Source: Candidatus Nitrosotenuis sp.
Lineage (GTDB): Archaea; Thermoproteota; Nitrososphaeria; Nitrososphaerales; Nitrosopumilaceae
DNA length: 32,000 nucleotides
Direction: 5' to 3'
NCBI GenBank assembly: GCA_049276655.1
Contig: JBASWV010000006.1
Location: forward strand, 321,953-353,952
Below the pieces are notes generated by a model. It made no database searches. It was not told the DNA's origin and saw only the letters and a program-made list of their open reading frames with translations. Positions within the stretch are counted from its first letter, which is position 1. Each line of letters begins with the position of its first letter. The position numbers and the translations under genes were made by a program. Shown here piece after piece: positions 8,070 to 15,160 of this stretch.

Positions 8070-8895
8070 TCATGCCTTTTTCACGTCTTGAAAAATCTTG
8101 AAAACTTTATACTGGCACATCTGGTCGCAGTTCATCTCGTCAGGATACACTATCTTGTTTTGTTTCAAGATCTCGTAGATAATCCTCTGGTGCTCGTTCA
8201 GCTTTGCGAGAAGGTATGAGAATCTGTACTTTCTTGCGAACTTCGACGCGGTTTTCACATCCTCGATTGTTATGGTATCACGATTCTGCATCTCCGCCTC
8301 CCGAGCCGCGAGCCTCAAAGTCTGAAGCCCGATCCTGGCGTCGCCGTTGCACATCCTGGCGACGAGTGAAACCAGTTCTGTTGAAACCGATCTTGGCTTC
8401 ATGCCATATTCGACTCGCTCCTTCAGTAAGTCAAAGACTTCATTGGCGCAGTAGGGCCTGAATTCTATTTCGTCGAGCAGCAGCCTGCTCTTGATCCTGC
8501 CGTCCATCTCTGCAAGGGAATAAGGCTCGTTTGAGATTATGACGAGGCCGCGCGAGTTTTTTCCACAGGTCGTAGAGAATGTCCGTCTCTTCCAGATGGT
8601 CGAACTCATCGAGGCAGATGATCCTCTTTTGTTTGATCTCGAACATTTTGACGAGCTCGCTCGTGGGTTCCTTTCCGTGGATGATGGTGCCGAACTTCTG
8701 GAGGATGTCCTTGATCACCGTGTGGAAGGTCATGTTTCTCCAGCAGTTTACGTAGACCGAGTTCTTGTCGAAATGCTCCTTGAGGATCCACCTTGTGACT
8801 AGCGTCTTTCCCACCCCGGTCTTTCAGCTTAAGGTTATCTCCGGTGGATTTCCGGTAGGGATTGATACATCAAATTCTTACTCTAGTTTAACCAT
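8070..8895 (-). pseudogene. Orc1/Cdc6-family AAA+ replication initiator, disrupted three times
   Basis: Walker A (S*KTGVGKT, where TGA 8824-8826 occupies the expected Gly codon). Walker B IICLDEFD. Also ISNEPYSLAEMDGRIKSRL, FRPYCANEVFDLLKERV, NGDARIGLQTLRLAAREAE and a C-terminal winged-helix remnant. In-frame TAA at 8878-8880. Frameshift in the T6/A6 run at 8557-8562. Confidence 0.8.
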
Positions 8896-9143
8896 CAGAT
8901 GAAATTAAATTTGAAGTTTTAGAACATAGACTATGATGTATCACAAAGTCAGAATTTTCCATAGGCGTTGAGGCTGGCTGAAAGGGAAAAACCAATTGCT
9001 TTAGGCCTCCTCTTCAGTAATGTTAAATATTCGTAATTTGTCAAAGTGGACAATAACATGACGGATAATTCGGTAGTAGTATTGGCTTGAAACCCTCCGT
9101 ATTTATCATAGGTAAGCAAATTAGTTAATGGAGGCTAACAGGT

Positions 9144-9641
9144 ATGTTGAGTAAAAGGATAGAGCAAAGCCTGTTTGATGAAAAGTTTAGAGAAACCTGC
9201 GTAAAAATACTCGACTCTGCACGCCATGAGATTTACATAATTGCAGGAGAGCTTGGTTCCCTGAAATTTTATGACATGAGAGAGGCGACTGAGCACGCTG
9301 CAAGACGTGGTGTCAAAGTACATGTGTATGCAACGAATCGAACGCCGGACACTTTCAGGAATTACTGCGTTTCGAGAGGCTATGAACTATTCATAGGGAC
9401 AGTGGGTCTGCCTACCCATTACCTGCTGGTGGACAGAGAAAACATGGTGATTTCAATGAATAAAAAACCTAACGAGGCAACGAAGGTGGGTGAAAGGGTG
9501 GGTGAAGAGCGCCATGGTGACAAACAAAAAGGAGAGGAAATATTGAAAATTTTCAAAGAGCGAATAAATGATAAAAATACCATCAAGATTACCGATTTCG
9601 ACAAGATGAAAGATCCATTCTACCAAGCAATTGCTCTTTAA
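9144..9641 (+). CDS. PLD-like domain protein with non-canonical HKD motif
   Basis: ILDSARHEIYIIAGEL...AARRGVKVHVYAT...THYLLVDRENMVISMN follows the phospholipase-D/nuclease-fold layout. The motif reads H-Y-L (Lys absent). Confidence 0.45.
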   Translation: MLSKRIEQSLFDEKFRETCVKILDSARHEIYIIAGELGSLKFYDMREATEHAARRGVKVHVYATNRTPDTFRNYCVSRGYELFIGTVGLPTHYLLVDRENMVISMNKKPNEATKVGERVGEERHGDKQKGEEILKIFKERINDKNTIKITDFDKMKDPFYQAIAL

Positions 9642-9649
9642 TCAAAAAT

Positions 9650-10117
9650 TTGTCCTTCGAAGATTTTCCATCACAAAATTCACCATTGGTTGATTCTGAT
9701 CTTCTGATAAGGAGATTTGTAGAGAATGACGTAGAGGCAAAGTCACGACTTAATTCACATTTGTCTAAATTAAATCTCAGTAAAAAAGAGTTTTTTATAA
9801 TAACCGATTATTGTCTAAATGATGTTCTAACCGCGGCAACAAAAAAAGGGATTTCACAAGTAGAAATAATCGAAAACCTACTTCCTCCATACACTGCTTA
9901 TTGTCACCTTTTTGTTTGTGGTTCAGGAATTTTCAAAAAATGCGCAGACAGTTTAGTTGAATTTCGGAAGTATGACCTTAGTTTAACTGATTGGGCAAAC
10001 TTGTGGGTCATGGCTATGGAGGGTTTCAAATTGCTCATTTCCGACAAGACGAAAATTGATAATGTCTTAATTGAGCCTAGACTCGCAAATGATTTTGGCC
10101 ACATTAAGCGAGCATGA
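9650..10117 (+). CDS. Hypothetical protein (TTG start), same frame as the downstream integrase-tail remnant
   Basis: 155 codons starting 9 nt after the PLD-like gene. No family recognised. Its TGA (10115-10117) is in frame with the tail ORF 10118-10237. Confidence 0.4.
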   Translation: MSFEDFPSQNSPLVDSDLLIRRFVENDVEAKSRLNSHLSKLNLSKKEFFIITDYCLNDVLTAATKKGISQVEIIENLLPPYTAYCHLFVCGSGIFKKCADSLVEFRKYDLSLTDWANLWVMAMEGFKLLISDKTKIDNVLIEPRLANDFGHIKRA

Positions 10118-10237
10118 GTCAAAATCAAGATCAACTTCCTTGCGACATTTTCAATCGAAACATCACCCATGATTTCTAGCGGATGGATTTTCGTCGGAAC
10201 ATTTCCTAACGGAAAGGTCGTGCTGCAAAAGGATTAG
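10118..10237 (+). pseudogene. Integrase 3'-terminal coding remnant of element B
   Basis: ...FLATFSIETSPMISSGWIFVGTFPNGKVVLQKD* aligns with the tail of the element A integrase (VATPKEVEQLIEEGWQYVVLLHNGKVVVKKQD). The aligned Asp codon lies 16 nt before the att core in both copies. Confidence 0.5.
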
Positions 10238-10250
10238 CACCCAGAGTGGA

Positions 10251-10268
10251 AGCGGGTCTAGTGGGATT
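10251..10268. repeat. att core copy overlapping the 3' end of tRNA-Lys
   Basis: Identical to 5425-5442. It covers 2 nt downstream of the tRNA, then the discriminator, the acceptor 3' strand, the T-stem 3' strand and 3 nt of the T loop. Confidence 0.65.
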
Positions 10269-10341
10269 CGAACCCACGACATAAGGATGTCTCCAAGTAA
10301 TTTTAAGAGTCCTTCGCTCTACCTGGCTGAGCCATAGACCC
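10253..10341 (-). tRNA. tRNA-Lys (anticodon CUU) with a 15-nt intron at the canonical 37/38 position
   Basis: Folded by hand: acceptor GGGTCTA/TAGACCC, D arm GCTC-AGCCAGGTA-GAGC, anticodon arm AAGGA-CTCTTAA-TCCTT. The anticodon arm is interrupted by AAATTACTTGGAGAC (10289-10303). T arm GTGGG-TTCGAAT-CCCAC, discriminator G. No encoded CCA. Confidence 0.85.
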
Positions 10342-10413
10342 TAGAGCAAGACACGCTTGCGAGGTTATAAAATCATAGCGCGCGTGCACAAAACCGACAG
10401 GATATTGAAAAGC

Positions 10414-11076
10414 CTAGTTCGTAGTCTTGGCTTCGATTTCGTTGTATTTTTCCAGAATTGCCGTCAAAACAGTAGACACCGGCACGTTGTTCATCTTCTT
10501 TTTCTCTGCCAGAAGCTTCTGGTATGCATCAAGCGTGATGTATACTGGGATGGAGCCATTTCCTTCAAGCAGGCCCTTTACCTTGTATAGGGCGCTTTCC
10601 ATTCCCCTTTCTGCAGACTTGGCAAACTTGATTTTGCTCAAAAAGCCGCCTAGTGGGCCAAATGGCATCTCATAGTTTACGGTCATGGTAACGTTGGTGA
10701 GTCTTTCCGACTTTGGAGTAAACTCGGTTGCGATGTCCCAGCTCTTGAATGGCCCGCGGGTCATTTTTGCTGCGATTCTTCTTTCCCTTTCGAACTCGGT
10801 CGTCTCGCAGTCCCATTCCAGTCTCTTTCCGCCAAAGTCGCCTACAATTCTGAATGTGGTGCCTACGCCCATCCCGTCTTTGATCTCCATTGGGATGACG
10901 GTCATTGCGACGCCTTTTTCGGTCATCTGATCGGACACGTGTTCCGGTCTTGCAAAATACGTAAAAACTGCGTCAATTGGTGCTTTGATGTCAATTGATT
11001 TTTTGACTCTAGTCAACGATTGGGCTTTTTCCAAGTCTGCATTTAAAGCTTTTGTCATTTTCCGAAAAAGAATCAT
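10414..11076 (-). CDS. SRPBCC (START/Bet v1-like) domain protein with C-terminal ribbon-helix-helix-like tail
   Basis: KAPIDAVFTYFARPEHVSDQM... has a typical SRPBCC layout. The last ~45 aa (IPVYITLDAYQKLLAEKKKMNNVPVSTVLTAILEKY) look like strand-helix-helix. Start is uncertain: ATG at 11133, 11076 or 11058. Confidence 0.6.
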   Translation of the reverse strand: MILFRKMTKALNADLEKAQSLTRVKKSIDIKAPIDAVFTYFARPEHVSDQMTEKGVAMTVIPMEIKDGMGVGTTFRIVGDFGGKRLEWDCETTEFERERRIAAKMTRGPFKSWDIATEFTPKSERLTNVTMTVNYEMPFGPLGGFLSKIKFAKSAERGMESALYKVKGLLEGNGSIPVYITLDAYQKLLAEKKKMNNVPVSTVLTAILEKYNEIEAKTTN

Positions 11077-11434
11077 TTTGACATATCGGACATTTGTTTG
11101 GGCGGATCGTGCCCAGGTTTGCGTTTTTCGCATTTTTGATCTTTTTCATTTTTGCCCCAGACAAATGCGCACTCGCTCTCCAATTCGGCCGTCCACAATA
11201 ACGGTTAGTCGTGTCCAGATCGCAACCTAGCCGGAGATCGCAGGCGCTAAAAGGCCGAGATTTTGCTGCGCGTAACGGACCTAAACCTGGAGGGGGTCAA
11301 GCGGTTTACTGTTGGAGCCAGGTGCGCCGGTTACGCACACGTTTAACAAAAGCACGCAAAACCCCTTTGGCTACGCCTTTATCTATGGTGTCAGGCGCAA
11401 TCGGCCTTGCGGCACTGGTGTACATCCGCCTGCC

Positions 11435-11457
11435 AAAAAAGTTCAGGGCTAGGCCCT
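11435..11457 (-). terminator. Hairpin plus T6 tract at the end of the oxidase operon
   Basis: On the minus strand: AGGGC-CTA-GCCCT (overlapping the ctaA stop), then gaac, then TTTTTT. Confidence 0.4.
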
Positions 11458-11892
11458 AGTTTGGATGGTTGCCTTGCCGAGTCTGAAGGCAAATATCGTA
11501 GTAAGCAACATCATTGCAAAGAGCAGTATTCCGATTCCCAGGTGTATCGCAACTAGCAGCGCATGGAGTTTTAGGTCTATTACCAGTGCGCCAAGTGTTA
11601 TCTGCGTGACGACAAGCAGTGATGCCAGTGTGCTTGTCAGCTTTATCTTTTTGTCGGTGTTTTTGTTTAGCCACACGCCAATTGTGGTGGCGATGATCAG
11701 GGTCCCAGTCGTTGCAGCAATGAATCGATGAATCCATTCTATCAGATATTCATTGTCCGGCAAGATTCCGTTTGGGCAAAGGGGCCAGTCAGGGCATGAG
11801 AGGCCGAGGCCTGCAGCAGACACATATCCGCCGATAAACATCAGAGTATACAAGACTGCAAGGGATGCTAGCGACAGATATTTTAGAAACAA
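11449..11892 (-). CDS. ctaA: Heme A synthase, short four-helix form (CtaA/COX15 family)
   Basis: Motifs GLGLSCPDWPLCPNG, EWIHRFIAA and AIHLGIG, with four hydrophobic segments in 147 aa. The TTG start lies 1 nt after the upstream stop. Confidence 0.7.
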   Translation of the reverse strand: MFLKYLSLASLAVLYTLMFIGGYVSAAGLGLSCPDWPLCPNGILPDNEYLIEWIHRFIAATTGTLIIATTIGVWLNKNTDKKIKLTSTLASLLVVTQITLGALVIDLKLHALLVAIHLGIGILLFAMMLLTTIFAFRLGKATIQTRA

Positions 11893-11893
11893 G

Positions 11894-12838
11894 CTACTCT
11901 ACTATGAAATCGCCTTTCATTCCAAGTGCGGCGTGGCCCGGAACAGTACATATGTAATAATATCTTCCGGGCGCTCCCGCAGTAAAGGTCACCTCGCCTG
12001 TATCGCCCGGCTTTAGCGGGTTGTTTGCCGATCTGATGGCAGAGTTGAATACGATAGAGTTAGGATCGTCGGGGTTTGTTACCACGGCAAACGCGTGGAA
12101 CGACTTGCCGTCGTTTGCGGACCTTATCGTTACGGAATCACCCGACTTTACCTTGATTTCTGGGTTGCTTCCATCCTCTCCAGGGAGTGCGTTAAATGCA
12201 TAGTTTTTGAAGTCGGCAGACTCGATAAAGTTCAGATCAAAGTCGCGGCTAACGCCGGTAGGTGCCGCGGCTTGCGGCGCTGCGCCCTTTGGCCCCACGA
12301 TGATTTTGCCGGCCATTCCCAGTTCTCTGTGTCCTGGCACTGTACAAATATAGTAGTACGTGCCCTCGCTTGTCGGGATGAACGTAGACGATCCGTCCTC
12401 ACCCGGTTTTAGTGGGTTGTTTGCCGAGCCCACCTCCGTTCCCGCAAGTATGTCGCCAAATCCCTCCGTTGCCGGAGTAACGCCAAATGCGTGGAACGAC
12501 TTGCCGTCGTTGCTTATTGTGAACTCGATCTTGTCCCCTACGTTTGCCTGTATGTCAGGGTTGTGTCCTTCCCCTCCGGGCAGAGCGTTAAATGCCAGTG
12601 TCCTAAAGTCGGCTGACTCGATGAAGTTGAGCGTGACTGGAATTGTCATTCCGGTTGCGACTGCAGGACCCTCTCGTGGCCCCGCTACCATCTGGTTTCC
12701 AGGGGGAAGCGATATCCAGTAATCCCAAAAGCTGAAAAAGAGCACTCCTCCGGCAATGCAGATTCCGAACATTATTGCCAGCATCTTTGCAGTCCTTGCC
12801 GGGCTTGTCCTGTAGATTGGTTCTGTGTGTTGTTCCAT
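11894..12838 (-). CDS. Membrane-anchored tandem double-cupredoxin (plastocyanin-like blue copper) protein
   Basis: N-terminal TM segment followed by two homologous modules. Each has LNFIESADF..AFNALPG, NDGKSFHAF and YYYICTVPGH..LGM (type-1 Cu His/Cys/His/Met). Confidence 0.8.
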   Translation of the reverse strand: MEQHTEPIYRTSPARTAKMLAIMFGICIAGGVLFFSFWDYWISLPPGNQMVAGPREGPAVATGMTIPVTLNFIESADFRTLAFNALPGGEGHNPDIQANVGDKIEFTISNDGKSFHAFGVTPATEGFGDILAGTEVGSANNPLKPGEDGSSTFIPTSEGTYYYICTVPGHRELGMAGKIIVGPKGAAPQAAAPTGVSRDFDLNFIESADFKNYAFNALPGEDGSNPEIKVKSGDSVTIRSANDGKSFHAFAVVTNPDDPNSIVFNSAIRSANNPLKPGDTGEVTFTAGAPGRYYYICTVPGHAALGMKGDFIVE

Positions 12839-12844
12839 GGTTGA

Positions 12845-14371
12845 TCAGTGGTGTGGCGTCTTTGCCTGGTATGGGAAGTAGTACTTTCCGCCGAGGCCCC
12901 ACGGGTCGTCCATGTTTGCCTCTTTGCCTTTTGCGGAACTGTATATCATGTTGAATATCCAAAGCGCCATGCTTGCTCCTATTATCATTGCGCCAATTGA
13001 CGCAATCTGGTTCATCACAATGTATTCGGGCAGCGGTATGTAGTCGTAGACCCTCCTTGGCATTCCATACAATCCAAGAATGTGCTGTGTGAAAAATACC
13101 ATCACCGTACCGACAAAGGACATGATAAAGTGAACCTTGCCCATTGACTCGTTGTACATTCTTCCGGTAATGTATGGGAACATGTAGTAGAGGAATCCTA
13201 TCGAGCCAAACGCAATCGTTCCCATCACAAAGAGATGGAAGTGTCCCACCACCCAGTACGAGTCGTGCGTGATAAAGTCAAACGGCATCGCGGCGTTTGC
13301 TACTCCACCGGCCCCTGCAGAGAAGAAGAGCGCGATTCCGCCTACTGCCCACATCATCGGCGTTGCGAACTTGATTCTGCCGCCCCACATCGTGGCCAAA
13401 AAGTTGAACACGTGCATCGCAGATGCCGGAACCGCCGCAAGGGTTCCAATCATAAACACGGTTTTTTCTGTAAACGACATTCCAGTAGAGTACATGTGGT
13501 GAGCCCACGACGAAAATGAAACGATACTTAGCATCACAAACGCAAAGATCCCAGAGGACTGGGAAAATATCGGCTTTCTTGAGAACCTCGGAATTATTTC
13601 GTACATCATTCCGATTGCGGGAATTACCAGCACATACACCTCCGGATGGAATGTAAACCAGAACAGGTGCTGGTACGCAATAGGATCTCCGCCCCTTGCG
13701 GGATCAAAGAAGCCCGTCACTCCGAGCCTGTCTGTAAGCAGCATCACAAGCGCGGAAGCAAATGTCGGTATTGCAACTATGACAATAAGTGACGAGGTCA
13801 GAAATGACCAGGCCAAAAGCGGCATCTTGCTTAGCGGAAGGTCTGGGTGCTTGCATTTCAGAATGGTTACGATGAAGTTAATTGCGCCAAGCACCGACGA
13901 AACGCCCAAGATCTTTAGCCCAAAGATCCACATGTCTGCTGCAGGCCCCGGCGCCCTGATTGCAGAGTATGGCGGAGTGGCATACCACGTAAAGTCCGCA
14001 AAGCCAAGCCATATCAGTGCGCCTGCCGGCGGGATCATCCAGAACGCCACTGCGTTTAGTTTTGGATATGCCATGTCTTTGTATCGCACCATTATCGGCA
14101 CGAAATAGTTTCCAACTCCCGACGCAAATGGCAGCAAGAACAAAAAGATCAGAGTCGTTCCATGGACTGTAAACATTCTGTTAAATGTCATAGAGTCGGC
14201 AATTATCTGCGATCCTGGCAAGAACAGCTCCGCCCTGATTCCCAGTGCGAGTGCTCCGCCCATAAAGAAAAATGCCAGCGACATTATGGTGTACAATAAT
14301 CCGATATCTGTGTGATGTGTCGAAAACATTATCTGCCAAATTGGTCGCGGCTTTTGCAGTTCTAGTACCAT
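12845..14371 (-). CDS. Heme-copper oxidase subunit I
   Basis: 508 aa and polytopic. Motifs HHTDIGLLY, WFTFHPEVYVLVIP, WAHHMYSTG and HDSYWVVGHFHLFV. Confidence 0.95.
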   Translation of the reverse strand: MVLELQKPRPIWQIMFSTHHTDIGLLYTIMSLAFFFMGGALALGIRAELFLPGSQIIADSMTFNRMFTVHGTTLIFLFLLPFASGVGNYFVPIMVRYKDMAYPKLNAVAFWMIPPAGALIWLGFADFTWYATPPYSAIRAPGPAADMWIFGLKILGVSSVLGAINFIVTILKCKHPDLPLSKMPLLAWSFLTSSLIVIVAIPTFASALVMLLTDRLGVTGFFDPARGGDPIAYQHLFWFTFHPEVYVLVIPAIGMMYEIIPRFSRKPIFSQSSGIFAFVMLSIVSFSSWAHHMYSTGMSFTEKTVFMIGTLAAVPASAMHVFNFLATMWGGRIKFATPMMWAVGGIALFFSAGAGGVANAAMPFDFITHDSYWVVGHFHLFVMGTIAFGSIGFLYYMFPYITGRMYNESMGKVHFIMSFVGTVMVFFTQHILGLYGMPRRVYDYIPLPEYIVMNQIASIGAMIIGASMALWIFNMIYSSAKGKEANMDDPWGLGGKYYFPYQAKTPHH

Positions 14372-14415
14372 ATTAGCTGCTCACTCCGGCTTGATTTATT
14401 AAGTTATTACTCATT

Positions 14416-14841
14416 TCATTCCTCCACATATAATGTCGCCCTCATGTTATAGTGGAGAAGGCCGCAGTACTCCCTGCACTGGATGGTGTATTCCCCCACC
14501 TTGTCCGGCACAAACCAAACGGTGTTGATTCTTCCCACTATTGCGTCCTGCAATACGACATAATCATGAATGTTAAATGCGTGGTTGACGTCTTTTGCGG
14601 TTATCTCAAATTTGTACGGCTTGCCTTTCTTTACGTGCAGCTCGCCCACCTCTTTAGTTCCGTCTTCGCGCTCAAATGTCCAGAACCACTGCTGTCCTAC
14701 GACTTTGATGATTTCGGCTTCCGCTGGGGCGACCTCGACAATTCGTTCCACGTTCCACGCCTCTGCGCCGACATATGCAAGAAGCGCGATTATCACGCCA
14801 ATGTAGATCCATTCCGGCCAGTTAGAGTGGTGCTCTCCCAT
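14416..14841 (-). CDS. Heme-copper oxidase subunit II (one TM helix plus CuA cupredoxin domain)
   Basis: CuA ligand pattern NHAF...CREYCGLLHYNM (CxExCGxxHxxM). A single N-terminal hydrophobic helix WIYIGVIIALLAYVG. Confidence 0.85.
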   Translation of the reverse strand: MGEHHSNWPEWIYIGVIIALLAYVGAEAWNVERIVEVAPAEAEIIKVVGQQWFWTFEREDGTKEVGELHVKKGKPYKFEITAKDVNHAFNIHDYVVLQDAIVGRINTVWFVPDKVGEYTIQCREYCGLLHYNMRATLYVEE

Positions 14842-15114
14842 TTACCATTCACCCTTTTCTTCGTATTTGGTGGGCTTTGCGTTTGGGTTTGATTCCCTGA
14901 ATCGCCACACAAGCCAGATGAGCGTGCCAGACACTACGGCGCCGACGGTAAATGCAATTGTCATCATCCTAAAGAAGAGATTCCAGATCTCGACTTTGCG
15001 CTGGACGTATTGTCCCGGCTCTGTGCCTTCGGCGGCAAAGACTAGCTGTACAGTCGGTAAAACAACCAAGACGGCCAGAATCGAAAATAGTGCAAATCCC
15101 CTAACCATGACCAA
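14842..15114 (-). CDS. Small two-TM membrane protein, first gene of the oxidase operon
   Basis: Two hydrophobic segments. Its TAA abuts the ATG of subunit II (TAAATG at 14839-14844). Start is TTG 15114 or ATG 15108. Confidence 0.5.
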   Translation of the reverse strand: MVMVRGFALFSILAVLVVLPTVQLVFAAEGTEPGQYVQRKVEIWNLFFRMMTIAFTVGAVVSGTLIWLVWRFRESNPNAKPTKYEEKGEW

Positions 15115-15160
15115 TTATAGCTCGTGGTCTTCAAATTCTATTTAAGGGTTATGGAAAAAT

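Larger units (their letters stand above)
5443..10250. mobile_element. Integrated element B (younger, integrase almost entirely lost)
   Basis: Flanked by perfect 18-bp direct repeats, the right one inside tRNA-Lys. Cargo is typical of archaeal cryptic elements (Orc1/Cdc6, small wHTH/RHH proteins). An integrase-tail remnant lies at 10118-10237. Confidence 0.55.

Noticed and set aside
8204-8802. Plus-strand ORFs 8204-8461 and 8539-8802.
   Set aside because: They are antisense to the Orc1/Cdc6 pseudogene and are shadow ORFs of a relatively GC-rich segment.
8839-8860. ctccggtggatttccggtaggg resembles the dyad core (TCCA-N-TGGA) that I recall from archaeal origin recognition boxes, and it sits next to the Orc1/Cdc6 gene.
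   Set aside because: It lies inside the reconstructed N-terminal coding region of the Orc1/Cdc6 pseudogene (codons IPTGNPPEI). It has a mismatch in the dyad and occurs only once, so there is no support for an origin.
11211-11459. 82-codon plus-strand ORF in the GC-rich spacer.
   Set aside because: It gives an Arg/Pro/Gly-rich product with no start context and runs into the ctaA terminator hairpin. The region is treated as non-coding (see finding).
13235-14108. Several 75-109-codon ORFs on both strands inside the oxidase subunit I gene.
   Set aside because: They are antisense or out of frame to a strongly supported 508-aa CDS. Their Arg/His-rich composition is typical of shadow ORFs.
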